This document shows, in pieces, positions 28,273-37,899 of a stretch of DNA of 64,000 bases. The translations under genes and the position numbers were made by a program. This stretch comes from Myxococcota bacterium (GTDB lineage: Bacteria; Myxococcota; JACRCW01), in the NCBI GenBank assembly GCA_040752415.1, contig JBFMGU010000004.1, forward strand, positions 29,134 through 93,133, in the 5' to 3' direction. Each line of letters opens with the position of its first letter. Position 1 is the first letter of the stretch. Below the pieces are notes generated by a model. The model worked only from the letters and a program-made list of their open reading frames with translations. It ran no database searches and was not told the origin of the DNA.

Positions 28273-30441
28273 TCACCGGAGGCGCATGGGCTGCGGCCAC
28301 GCCAGGTCGGTGGCGGCGTTGTTGGGACAGGGCGTCTCCAGGTACGTGCCGCGCGGGAGGACCACGCTGCGCATGCGGTCGATCTCGTCGAGAGACAGGG
28401 GCCGCGAGAGGTTGGGGACCGGGTGGCCCACCACCACCAGGGATTGCCCTTCGCGCGTCTGGACGGCGTCCAGCGGGTAGGTGGTGAAGTCGGTGGCCGG
28501 GTCGCAGGAGGGGTCCTCGTTCTGGATGTCGCACGCCTGCTGCAGGAAGCGCTGCGTTCCAAAACCATAGGTCAAATCCAGGAGCACGTTGTTGACGGGA
28601 TTCTCGGTGGTTTCCACGCTGTGGCACCGGTCGCAGGCCATGAACTGGCTGCGCCGTCGGGTGGTGTGCGGGTTGAAGGCCCGCTGACCGAAGCCCGGCA
28701 TCACGCCTCCGTCGGGAAGCGGGAACTCCCGGGGCTTGGATGTGAACACCGCCTTCTTCACCAGCGCGCCCTGTTCGGCGGTCTTCTCCTCGTCGCGGAC
28801 CAGCACAGTCATGAACAGGCGCTCGGACGGCATGCTTGGTGCCAGCTTCCCGTCGGTGTTCCACATCAGGACCAGGTCATTGAGCCCAACCCAGCGCCGG
28901 TTTCCCGACGGAGAGCCTGGCGTCTCCCGCCCCGTGGTCTGGACCCGCTTGGTGAGCGTCATGTCCACCTCGACGTGACACCCGTAGCAGCTGGGCAGCC
29001 AGCCCGCGTGGCAGGTGTAGCACTCCAGCGTGTCGGTGTGGCTGTAGCCCTGCGCGTTGACGCCCATGGCCAGCGCCGCCTCCTCGGTGTAGCGCGGATT
29101 TCCCGGCGTCACCGTGTCCCGGACCTGGGTCACCAGCAGCTCGGCGCCGGTCAGCTTGGCGCGCAGGTAGAGCTTTCCGTCGCGCCACTGGAGGTTGTCG
29201 TGCCCCGGGCCGGGCCGCGCATACTCACGCACGGTGCCGTGGCAATCCACGCACTCCGTCTTCACGGAGCACTGCGTGTCCGCGTAGAGATGCCCGTCGC
29301 TGTGGATCTCCTCCCGCGTGTGGCAGTCCACGCAGGTCATGCCCGCTTCCTGGTGCACGTCGGGTGGCGTCTCATCCCAGGCGTTCGTGGTGTCTTCATC
29401 CGTCAGGTAGTAGTTCGGGTCGTGGCCGTGGAGTGAGACGCCCAGCGCGTCGACGTCAGGCGGATTCAGGCCCGGACCGCTGGACTCCCGGTAGCCGTGG
29501 AAGCTCGGGCCAATGCGACCGCCGCGGTAATGACAGTGCATGCACGCCTCCGCCGGGATGGCGCTGGTGAGCTGGTGCTTGATGGGGTGCGGCGTGGTCT
29601 GCTTGGGGATGCGCGGGTCCGCGGATTGGCTGCGTCCGTCGTCGGCGTACGGCATGTGGCATGCGCTGCAACCGGAGGAGCGGAAGTCGCCGCGCATGCG
29701 GTTCTCCCCGAAGTCCCAGAGGTGGCAGCGGTTGCAGGACTTCACCAGGTACGTCTCCTGCGCGTTCTCCACGCTGAGGCGGGTGTCGGGATTGCGGGAG
29801 TCCTCCGTCATGGGCGCGGGGTCGAACATCTGCAGGAACGGCGTGGAGCAGGTGTTGGTGGATTCGTACGTGGGGTCGTTCACCGTCACGCCCGCCACGT
29901 GGCCCACGGTGTCCTGCTGCACGCCGGCGCGGTAGCGCGCCACCGTCAGCTCACCCGAGGTGTGCGCCATGGTGGAACGCGGCACCAGCATGGCCTCCTC
30001 GACGTGGCACTGCCCGCAGGTCTGGTCCACCACGCGCAGGTCACCCGGATTGATGAACCGCAGGTAGGCCTTGTCGACGGCGTTGAGCTGGGTGACCGAG
30101 AGGTTCTTGATGTACTTGCGGCCTCCCTTGGGGCTCACGTGCGCCGCGTTCTTGTCGTAGATCCAGTTGCCGTCGCACTCCGGGCCGTAGGGCGTCATGG
30201 TCTTCACGCCGTCGCACACACGCGCGTTCCCGCCGTGGCAGTCCACGCAGTTGAGTGGATACCAGGGATGTGCCTCCTCGATGCCACGGGGTGTCCCGCT
30301 CTCGTCGCGCGGTTGATGACAGACCAGGCAGTTGTCGCGGTGCACCACCACCTCTTCCACGCACGCGCACTTCAACAGGGGAATGAGACAGATGAACAGG
30401 AGCCCGGCGGGCTGGATGATTCGCTCAGGGGACATGGTCAT
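28273..30441 (-). CDS. Multiheme cytochrome c (11 CxxCH)
   Basis: CLVCH, CVDCH x3, CGQCH, CNRCH, CSACH, CMHCH, CYTCH, CYGCH, CDRCH; N-terminal signal/lipobox-like segment; start 30441-30465. Confidence 0.9.
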   Translation of the reverse strand: MTMSPERIIQPAGLLFICLIPLLKCACVEEVVVHRDNCLVCHQPRDESGTPRGIEEAHPWYPLNCVDCHGGNARVCDGVKTMTPYGPECDGNWIYDKNAAHVSPKGGRKYIKNLSVTQLNAVDKAYLRFINPGDLRVVDQTCGQCHVEEAMLVPRSTMAHTSGELTVARYRAGVQQDTVGHVAGVTVNDPTYESTNTCSTPFLQMFDPAPMTEDSRNPDTRLSVENAQETYLVKSCNRCHLWDFGENRMRGDFRSSGCSACHMPYADDGRSQSADPRIPKQTTPHPIKHQLTSAIPAEACMHCHYRGGRIGPSFHGYRESSGPGLNPPDVDALGVSLHGHDPNYYLTDEDTTNAWDETPPDVHQEAGMTCVDCHTREEIHSDGHLYADTQCSVKTECVDCHGTVREYARPGPGHDNLQWRDGKLYLRAKLTGAELLVTQVRDTVTPGNPRYTEEAALAMGVNAQGYSHTDTLECYTCHAGWLPSCYGCHVEVDMTLTKRVQTTGRETPGSPSGNRRWVGLNDLVLMWNTDGKLAPSMPSERLFMTVLVRDEEKTAEQGALVKKAVFTSKPREFPLPDGGVMPGFGQRAFNPHTTRRRSQFMACDRCHSVETTENPVNNVLLDLTYGFGTQRFLQQACDIQNEDPSCDPATDFTTYPLDAVQTREGQSLVVVGHPVPNLSRPLSLDEIDRMRSVVLPRGTYLETPCPNNAATDLAWPQPMRLR

Positions 30442-30445
30442 CACC

Positions 30446-30973
30446 TCACCCTCCCACCAGCTCAACGTGGACCGCCCGGCGTGCGGTGCGCGTGGAGTCG
30501 TCGGTGACGGTGCAGGTCAGCGTGGCCAGCTTGCCAAAGAGATCGTCAATGGGTTCGCTCTCCCGCGGCGGGGCGTGCAGCACCGGCACTGGGAACGTCT
30601 GCACCTCCATGAAGTTGTCGTCGGAGAGGGCAAACTCCTCGCGCGTCTCCGACTCTCCCAGCACCTCGCCCTCATCCGTCACGACGAGACAATGCACCGT
30701 GGCCGAGGCCGCCAGACCGCGCGTGCGGAGTGCCGGCATGGCCCAGGTCCCGCCTTGCGCGCCGTTGACAATGGGCAGCGGGTCGTTGTCCAGCAGCGGA
30801 CTGTAGAGCTGCTCGTGGTACATGCCGATCTCCACCATGGGGTCGCCGGTCACTGGCGTCTGGATCTCGTCGCCAAAGTTCACGTTGGGTGGATCCACCT
30901 CCACCACCAGCGGTCTGCAGGAAATGCACGCCAGCGCCGCCATGACCAGCGCGGCAGAAATGCGCAGTTTCAT
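30446..30973 (-). CDS. Putative lipoprotein, hypothetical
   Basis: MKLRISAALVMAALACISC signal; lies inside the redox operon. Confidence 0.7.
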   Translation of the reverse strand: MKLRISAALVMAALACISCRPLVVEVDPPNVNFGDEIQTPVTGDPMVEIGMYHEQLYSPLLDNDPLPIVNGAQGGTWAMPALRTRGLAASATVHCLVVTDEGEVLGESETREEFALSDDNFMEVQTFPVPVLHAPPRESEPIDDLFGKLATLTCTVTDDSTRTARRAVHVELVGG

Positions 30974-31038
30974 CACCTGTCCTTGCGTCACCGGAATTGA
31001 TTGCGCGTTTTTCCGGTCCGCCGTTTCACGGGGTGCTC

Positions 31039-31968
31039 TCATGGGCGGGTCCTCCAACCCGTTTCCGCGCGCAGGCGAAGGGCCCAACGGTCCAGGAGGG
31101 GGGCGCTGGCATTGGCAACCAGGACCGCGAGCGCGGTGCCGTCGGGAAGGTGCGTGTGGAAACGGATGAGCATGGCCAGGGTGGCTGCCAGCGACGTGCC
31201 CAGCACGCGGCCGAGCGGGGTGAAGGGCGCGGTCACGGGGTCCGTCATCAGGAAGAACGCGCCCATCAGCGTGCCGCCCACCACGACGTGACGGAGGGGA
31301 TCGGTCCCCACCCACGAGGGATGGCCCGCCATGCGTGCGCCTGGTTCCAGCAGCGCGGCCATGGTCGCCGTGGTCAGCAGGTAGGTCAGGGGAATGCGCC
31401 AATCCGCCACGCGGCGCGCCACCAGGTAGCCGCCGCCGAGCACCACCGTCCACGGCGCCGCCTCGGCGAGGGTGCAGCTCCATCCGCCCCACAGCAGCTC
31501 CAAACTAGGCGCGGCGGTTGCGGGTCCGGGCTTGAACAACGGGCTGGCCTGGCTCACGCCGTCGACGAAGCGCGGCCCCCACGTGAACATCTCCGCGGGG
31601 AAGATGGCCATCAGCCACGCGCGGGAGAGCGCGGCGGGATTGAACAGGTTGTATCCCAGCCCACCAAATGCCCACCGCCCCACGACGATGGCCACCGCTC
31701 CAGCGACGACGCCGAGCCACCACGGACCACCCGCGGGAAGCATCAACGCCGCCACGGTGGCCGTGATCAGCACGCTTCCATCCGGTGTTGCACGTCGGGT
31801 CAGCAGGCCATTCACCAGGCACGCGGACACCCCCGTTGCCACCAACAGCAACAGCGCGGAGGAGCCATGCCGCGCCACCGACGCAAGGCAGGTTGGAGCC
31901 AGTGCCAGCAACACGTCCTGCATGAGGTGTCGCGTGGTTGCTCCGCTGTGGAGGAAGGGCGCCTGCAT
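31039..31968 (-). CDS. rnfD: RnfD/NqrB-family membrane subunit
   Basis: APFLHS...MQDVLLALAP, DGSVLIT, FGGLGYNLFNPA, VDGVSQASPL, GAFFLMTDPVTAP. Confidence 0.9.
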   Translation of the reverse strand: MQAPFLHSGATTRHLMQDVLLALAPTCLASVARHGSSALLLLVATGVSACLVNGLLTRRATPDGSVLITATVAALMLPAGGPWWLGVVAGAVAIVVGRWAFGGLGYNLFNPAALSRAWLMAIFPAEMFTWGPRFVDGVSQASPLFKPGPATAAPSLELLWGGWSCTLAEAAPWTVVLGGGYLVARRVADWRIPLTYLLTTATMAALLEPGARMAGHPSWVGTDPLRHVVVGGTLMGAFFLMTDPVTAPFTPLGRVLGTSLAATLAMLIRFHTHLPDGTALAVLVANASAPLLDRWALRLRAETGWRTRP

Positions 31969-32363
31969 CAGCTCAACGTCACCGGGAGGAATGCGAAGTA
32001 GAGCGTGGCGCACGCCAGGAGCCTGATGGGCGCGCCACGCAGGGGAAGAGGAACAGGCGCGCGCTCCAGCCGAGCGTCCACGCCCAGCAACAGCACGCCC
32101 ACGACGACAAACAGCGCCGCAACACCCAGCGCTTCCGTCCACCCGCGCGGGCTGGCGGCGGCCAGCATGAGTCCGCACGCAGCATGCGGTGGCGACACCA
32201 CGGCGGCGAAGAGCGCGCCGACGGGAATTCGGCTCGGCGAGAACGATGAGAGGCGCCACGCGCAGTCCAGCAGCGGCACCGCCGCCACCAGCCACAGGCG
32301 ACGTTCCCGGGGCAGGAACAGCGTGAGCGCGGCGGCGAGGAACGCAGCGTCGAACAGTGTCAT
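31968..32363 (-). CDS. Shortened RnfA-like membrane protein
   Basis: C-terminus ARLERAPVPLPLRGAPIRLL...AF matches the RnfA/NqrE tail; only ~131 aa. Confidence 0.65.
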   Translation of the reverse strand: MTLFDAAFLAAALTLFLPRERRLWLVAAVPLLDCAWRLSSFSPSRIPVGALFAAVVSPPHAACGLMLAAASPRGWTEALGVAALFVVVGVLLLGVDARLERAPVPLPLRGAPIRLLACATLYFAFLPVTLS

Positions 32364-32722
32364 GGCGTCCTCCGCAGCAACGTGGACAGCGCGGCCGCAA
32401 CCACGAACGCCACTCCGCCGGTTCGCAACGAGGTTGGCATCCCCAACGTGAGCAGCGGCGCGACCACCGCGACCATCACGGTAGCCCGCACGTCGTCGAC
32501 GACAAGCGCGGCGCCCGCACTGGATGGCGCGGGGCAGCCGGTGAAGGTCTCCGCCATCCAGCCCACCGCCACGGCCCGCAACGGGACGGCCCTCACCAAC
32601 ACGGTGACGAGGAGGATGACCCCCGACCATGCCACCGCCTGCGCTACCGTCAGGTTGGCCATCAACGGGACCACCGCCGCCACGGCCCACGCGCCCGCCG
32701 CGCGCTCCTTCACCGCGGCCAT
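32360..32722 (-). CDS. Shortened RnfE-like membrane protein
   Basis: Hydrophobic ~120 aa between RnfG-like and RnfA-like genes; VPLMA...AQAVAWSG and GGVAFVV weakly echo RnfE. Confidence 0.5.
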   Translation of the reverse strand: MAAVKERAAGAWAVAAVVPLMANLTVAQAVAWSGVILLVTVLVRAVPLRAVAVGWMAETFTGCPAPSSAGAALVVDDVRATVMVAVVAPLLTLGMPTSLRTGGVAFVVAAALSTLLRRTP

Positions 32723-33147
32723 TCCTGCCACTCCTTCAGACGACGGTTGACCGCGGCGATGACCTTCTGTGACGAGGCCGATGCGCCGCTGATGGCGTCG
32801 ACAACGACGGGCGGCCGGGCGGGCAGGCCGCGGAAACGGTCCGCCAGTCCGGAGCGCTGGATGACCTGGCGGTCCGGGCCGTCGCGGGCGTCCAGGATGA
32901 TGACCGAGCGGATGCTGCCGCCATCCACCACCACCGCGCCGCGGAGGGGCCCCTGCACGCCCGTCTCGTCGAAGAACAACATGACCGCGTTGCCCGCCTG
33001 GAACGCCGGCGCGCCGGGCATGGGTAGCCGTTGGACGGGACCCAGCACCTGTTCCGCCAACGCGCGCTCCGGCTCAGGCGGTTGCACCACCCATTCCACG
33101 ACGAGCGCGGAGGACAGCAGGGCGCCGGTCATGAGCACGTCCTTCAT
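32710..33147 (-). CDS. rnfG: RnfG/NqrC-like FMN-binding protein
   Basis: N-terminal TM; GVQGPLR; VDAISGASASS flavinylation motif. Confidence 0.8.
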   Translation of the reverse strand: MKDVLMTGALLSSALVVEWVVQPPEPERALAEQVLGPVQRLPMPGAPAFQAGNAVMLFFDETGVQGPLRGAVVVDGGSIRSVIILDARDGPDRQVIQRSGLADRFRGLPARPPVVVDAISGASASSQKVIAAVNRRLKEWQEWPR

Positions 33148-34250
33148 GCCACTCCCCCCAGACCCCGCTTCGCCTCCCGCAGCAGCGGCACCAGCGCTCG
33201 ACGGGCGGGACAGACGAACTGGCAGACGCCGCACTCCACGCAACGGCGGAGCTCCGCGCAGGGCTCGTCGAGCAGCAACGGAACCGGCAGCGCATAGGGA
33301 CACGCGCTCATGCATCGGCCACAACGGATGCAGGGCTCATCCACCGGAGCCTCCGCCACCTCGTTGCGCGTCAGCGCCAGGATGGCCACGGTGCCAGGCC
33401 CCACCACGTCGTCGGCGGTGACCTCCTCACCCATCATGGGACCACCCTCGAGGAGGACGGCCACGGCCCGGATGTCCACGTCACATTGCTCAAGCACGTG
33501 GCCAATGGGCGTGCCCAACGGAATCTCGTAGTTGCCCGGACGGGCCACCGCCCCGCCCGCCACGGTGACCACGCGGCTCACCAGGGGCTCACGTTTCTCG
33601 ACGGCAAGCCACAGCGAGCGCACGGTCTGCACGTTGAGCACCACCGCACCCACGTCGCGAGGGAGGCCGCCCACGGGGACCGGGACGCCGCAGACCGTCG
33701 CCACCAGGGTCCGCTCGTCGCCCCCGGGATAGGGCGCGTCGGAGACCACCACGGTGTGTCGCGCGCCAACCGCCGCCGCCGCGTATGCCGCGCCGCCTTC
33801 AACCTCGTCGCCATAGGCGGTGAGCACGCCCTGGTCGCACGTGACGTACGGCTCGCTCTCGCAACCGTTGACGATCAGCCACTCCACGCCACGGGCCGCC
33901 TCGAGCTTTGCGTAGGTGGGGTAGAGACCTCCGCCCATCCCAACCAATCCGGCTTCACGCGCGGCCAGCACCACGTCGTCACTGGGATCACCCGGTATCG
34001 GGCGTGGAGGCTCGAGCTCGCCAACCACCTCGACCCAGCCGCGGTTCTCCAGGACGCGTCCCGTCAGCGGAGAATGCGCGCAGCGGAAGAGGGCCCCCTC
34101 CGGGGTCTGTGCCAGCCGCTGACCGGCGGTCACCCGTTCACCCACGTCGACGAGCGGAAGGGTGCCATCCAAGGGAATGCGAACCTGGGGTGGAGGAGCC
34201 AGCGTCTCAACGGTCACGTCACGGATGTTCTTGCGCGCGGGCACCATCAT
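33144..34250 (-). CDS. rnfC: RnfC-like NADH/FMN/[4Fe-4S] subunit
   Basis: GLVGMGGG.YPT, NGCESEPY, YPGGDE, GGPMMG, CIRCGRCMSACP, CVECGVCQFVCP. Confidence 0.9.
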   Translation of the reverse strand: MMVPARKNIRDVTVETLAPPPQVRIPLDGTLPLVDVGERVTAGQRLAQTPEGALFRCAHSPLTGRVLENRGWVEVVGELEPPRPIPGDPSDDVVLAAREAGLVGMGGGLYPTYAKLEAARGVEWLIVNGCESEPYVTCDQGVLTAYGDEVEGGAAYAAAAVGARHTVVVSDAPYPGGDERTLVATVCGVPVPVGGLPRDVGAVVLNVQTVRSLWLAVEKREPLVSRVVTVAGGAVARPGNYEIPLGTPIGHVLEQCDVDIRAVAVLLEGGPMMGEEVTADDVVGPGTVAILALTRNEVAEAPVDEPCIRCGRCMSACPYALPVPLLLDEPCAELRRCVECGVCQFVCPARRALVPLLREAKRGLGGVA

Positions 34251-34684
34251 GGCGTCAGCTCCTTGGCCAGGTGGCATTCCGCGCATTGACGCTGGAACGA
34301 AACCATATGGCATTCGCCACATGATTCCCGTCGGGCGGCGCCAATGCGCGCGTGGTTGTTGCGGGAATCCGGCCCCGCTCCCGGAACCATGAGGCTCGCG
34401 GAATGCCACGTGGGCTTCTCCCGGGCGTGGCACGCGGCACAGGAGTTCTCCTCGTGACAGCTCTGGCAGCTCGCTCGACCCTCGCCACGCGCCTCCGCGC
34501 CGTGACCGCGTTGCACGAATTCCCCGGAGTGGGTGGGGAGCACGGAGCCCTCATGGCAATCCGCACAGCGCGCTCCCACGCGGTGAGCCGCCGTGCGCGC
34601 GCCCTCGTTGCGTCCCGACGTCAACGCGGCACTGGCGACAACCAGCGCGACGGGAACCAGGAAGGGGAACGCGGCACGCCTCAT
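34247..34684 (-). CDS. Small pentaheme cytochrome c
   Basis: Signal/TM segment; CADCH, CQSCH, CAACH, CGECH, CAECH in 145 aa. Confidence 0.88.
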   Translation of the reverse strand: MRRAAFPFLVPVALVVASAALTSGRNEGARTAAHRVGARCADCHEGSVLPTHSGEFVQRGHGAEARGEGRASCQSCHEENSCAACHAREKPTWHSASLMVPGAGPDSRNNHARIGAARRESCGECHMVSFQRQCAECHLAKELTP

Positions 34685-37600
34685 GGCGCCTCCCCGGAAT
34701 GGCGCGGCGCGCCCAGGTCAATCCACCGCGTGAAGACGAGGATCTCGTCGGGTGACAAGGGCGAGGAGGACGGATGGGGACGGTCTCCATGCAGGGGAGC
34801 GGGCGCGTGCAACTCCCGGCCCATGAGCTTCTCCATCAACGCACTGCGCAGGGCCCGGCCCTCCCGCGCGTCAACGAGCGAGCGAAGCGAATTGAACGCA
34901 GCAGCTGGAGAGAGATTGAACGACGCCGCGGGGGCGGAGCCGGCGTGACATCCGGCGCAACGTGCGGTGACCAGCGGCAACACGTCACGTTCAAAGTCCA
35001 CGGTGACCTGCGCACCCGTTTCCGCACCGGCATTGGCAACGCGTTTGTCGAGCAGCAGGGAGTCCCACGTTGCCACCGTGCGCGACGCGCCCGTGACGGC
35101 GTCCGGCCGACGGAAGGTGTCCGGAGGACGTCCGGTGAGCGAGCCGTGACAACCGCTGCACACGGTGGGGAAAAGCGCCCGGGGAATGGAAAGCGTGTGT
35201 CGCTCCCCGGGATGGGCATAGAGCCAGCGCATGGGGGAGCGGAGCGCCATGCGGTCGCGGTTCAGCGATTGCAGGTCAAAGCCCACTTCCGAGGGAATCA
35301 CGGCGGTGACGCTTCCGTCGTCCTCCACGGGCACTTCGGCGATGATGAAGTGCTCCAACTCCGTTGCACCGGGGGCCTGACGCGCTCCAACCACCCTCAG
35401 GTACCGCACCTGCTCAAGCTCCGCCGCTGCGTCCGCGTCGACAGTCCCGTCCGCCAGAGGCCTGGCTCCCACCGGCGTGACCTGCTCGAAGAATGCGTGC
35501 AGCAGCGGCAGATCGAAGACCTCCAACACGGCAGGTGTTCCGCCCGCGTATCCGGTGAAGCCGCGCTGTTTCCCGGGCGGACCAAAAGCCCGTTCCTCCG
35601 TCTTGAGTGTCTTCCTCACAGGCTCCTTGAGGCGCGGGGCCACCAGTCGCGGCCACAGCTCCGCGTCCGGGCCGGAGACCACCACCTCCCGACGGAACTT
35701 CCCAGACAAAAACCCATCCGTGGATTGAACGGACGGCTCCGGGATGATCCTAACGACATCGAAGTCCGGCGATGCGCTGGCATCCGCGAGGTCCAGGGAC
35801 TCCCGCGCGTGGGAAACCAGGATGGACCCATCCGGCAGGGGCCACGGGTCACGATACGCGCCGCCTTCGGAAATGCCGTGCCATCCCGCCGAGGAGTCCA
35901 CGGGCACCCACCCGGGCACGAATCGTGGCTGCGACGTGGGGAAGGATGGCGTGAGCGCGGGGTGGTCGAGATTGTCGGAAGGATTGTTGGTTTCCATCGT
36001 CGGGCCGAACTGGTGATCGGAAACCATCAACATTCCGCCCCAGCGGGAGTCCGCGTCGCGACCAATGCGAACCTCAAGCCCGTTGGCCATCTCCAGGTTG
36101 TCGCTGTGCAAGGGGACGCCGGAGCGGTTTCCGTTGTGCGTGTGGAAGTTCGAGCCGTCGACGTGGGTGCGGAAGATGGCGCCATTGAAGAATGGCCGAC
36201 CGTCCTGCCAGCCGGAGCGGACCGTCGTGAACATGATTTCGCCGGAGGAGCGCACGTGTGGCCGGCGCACCTGGCCCATGCTCCAGGTCATGCGCGAGAC
36301 GGTGTTGCGAAAGGTGGCTTCCTCGTCGCCGATGTGCGCGCGACGCATGCGGTACAGGTCGTAGCAGGGGCCATGTCTCGCGGGTGTGTCGATGACGTAG
36401 TGGGTGGTCGTGTCGACGGGCGAGGAGAAGGGACGGTCCACCGTCAGCCTGCCGCGCTCATGACGAACCACGCGACGCGCCTCTCCCACGTTGGTGCCCC
36501 GCACCACCGTCAGCACGCGACCCTGGTAGGTACCCGGCTTCTCCGTCCGCTCTGCGTCCAGGACCGTGGTCCGACTGCCTCCTTCTGCCTCGCCGAGGAT
36601 TCCGTCGGGAGACGTGGGGCAATGAGCGCCGGCGCGATTGGAAACGAAGGCAATCACCGTCGCGGACAGGTCCGTGTCGACCCCGTCGGGATCCGGTGCG
36701 TAGATGGGGTCCCGGTAGTGCTCTCCCGGCGAGGTGGAGAACGTGAGCTGCCGCGCGTGACGGGTGCCGAGGTCGAGCTCCCAGATGTTGAAGGGCTCCC
36801 CAGCGTGACGACGCATGGCAAACACCACGGTGCGCGCGTCATAGGACACGTCGGGGGTGCGGATGTCGGCGGGTCCAGCATGCAACGCCGCCGTGAGATT
36901 CACTTCCGTCTCGCCGTCGCGGAGATGGAGGTCCGCCCCGCCAAGGAACTCCTCATCCTCGAGGAACCTCTCCGGTGCGCCACGGGGACGACGCACGAAC
37001 AGGATGCCGCGGCCCTCTCCCGGCCGGACGCCGACGTGCGCTCGCGCCTCTTCCGCCTCCAGCTCCAGCCAACGGAGAAGTACCTGGTAGTCGGGGTCGT
37101 CGCGACGGAGGAACGTGTTGCCACCCTTGTGCACCACGCCACCTTCCTCGACGGGAATGGACTTCAGGAGCTGCCGGGACTGACGGACATCACCTCCCAG
37201 GTTCACCAACCGTGTGACGTCTCCCAGCATGGCGCGACGATTGCGCGCGTGGATTCCTTGCGTGTGTCGCGGCGACAAAGCGGGGATGCCGGGGTCCAGC
37301 TTGAGGTCATTGAACGCGAGCGTGCCGTGACAATTGGAGGAGAAGCACGTCTTGCGCTCGAGCACCGGAACCACGCGTTCCGCGAAGAACTTCTCGGCTT
37401 CCGAGGGCGCGTGGGGTGAGCGCTCGGTCGCCGCGGCGGCCTCCCTCTCGACGAACCGGATGAGAACCTGCGCGTCCGGGTCGTCGGGTGAGGCGAACAC
37501 CTCGGGGTGACCCTGCGTCCCGGAGAACGCCTGTGCCAGCGGGGCCCGCACCACCGGGCTTTCCAGCGCGGGCGCACCGACGTGGATGGGCTCCATGGTG

Positions 37601-37899
37601 TGTCCGCCATGGGTGCGCCTCCGCGTCAGTCGGTCATAGGCAATGCGGACCTGTTCATCCGTGACAATGCGACCGCTGTTCGCGACCATCCAACGCAGGT
37701 ACGTCCCCGGTCCCTCGACGCCCCACGCGTCGCGGTACAGCTTTTCCGGCACGCCATGGCAGGTGCCGCAGCGTCGGTCGATGACGGGCACCACGTCGCG
37801 CTGGAAGGTCACCAGCGGGGCCTCTCCCACGGTGGGCGGCTCCACGCGCGAGGCGCAGCCGCAGACCGCCATCAGGCCGGAGAGCACAAGCGCCTTCAT
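34681..37899 (-). CDS. Hydrazine synthase alpha (HzsA)-related c-type cytochrome lipoprotein
   Basis: Lipobox VCGC; TolB-like propeller (PDVSYDA..VFAMR); GGAYRDPWPLPDG; EVPVEDDGS...W..PGE...CSGCH middle domain; CGTCH, CAGCH and CFSSNCH. Confidence 0.75.
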   Translation of the reverse strand: MKALVLSGLMAVCGCASRVEPPTVGEAPLVTFQRDVVPVIDRRCGTCHGVPEKLYRDAWGVEGPGTYLRWMVANSGRIVTDEQVRIAYDRLTRRRTHGGHTMEPIHVGAPALESPVVRAPLAQAFSGTQGHPEVFASPDDPDAQVLIRFVEREAAAATERSPHAPSEAEKFFAERVVPVLERKTCFSSNCHGTLAFNDLKLDPGIPALSPRHTQGIHARNRRAMLGDVTRLVNLGGDVRQSRQLLKSIPVEEGGVVHKGGNTFLRRDDPDYQVLLRWLELEAEEARAHVGVRPGEGRGILFVRRPRGAPERFLEDEEFLGGADLHLRDGETEVNLTAALHAGPADIRTPDVSYDARTVVFAMRRHAGEPFNIWELDLGTRHARQLTFSTSPGEHYRDPIYAPDPDGVDTDLSATVIAFVSNRAGAHCPTSPDGILGEAEGGSRTTVLDAERTEKPGTYQGRVLTVVRGTNVGEARRVVRHERGRLTVDRPFSSPVDTTTHYVIDTPARHGPCYDLYRMRRAHIGDEEATFRNTVSRMTWSMGQVRRPHVRSSGEIMFTTVRSGWQDGRPFFNGAIFRTHVDGSNFHTHNGNRSGVPLHSDNLEMANGLEVRIGRDADSRWGGMLMVSDHQFGPTMETNNPSDNLDHPALTPSFPTSQPRFVPGWVPVDSSAGWHGISEGGAYRDPWPLPDGSILVSHARESLDLADASASPDFDVVRIIPEPSVQSTDGFLSGKFRREVVVSGPDAELWPRLVAPRLKEPVRKTLKTEERAFGPPGKQRGFTGYAGGTPAVLEVFDLPLLHAFFEQVTPVGARPLADGTVDADAAAELEQVRYLRVVGARQAPGATELEHFIIAEVPVEDDGSVTAVIPSEVGFDLQSLNRDRMALRSPMRWLYAHPGERHTLSIPRALFPTVCSGCHGSLTGRPPDTFRRPDAVTGASRTVATWDSLLLDKRVANAGAETGAQVTVDFERDVLPLVTARCAGCHAGSAPAASFNLSPAAAFNSLRSLVDAREGRALRSALMEKLMGRELHAPAPLHGDRPHPSSSPLSPDEILVFTRWIDLGAPRHSGEAP

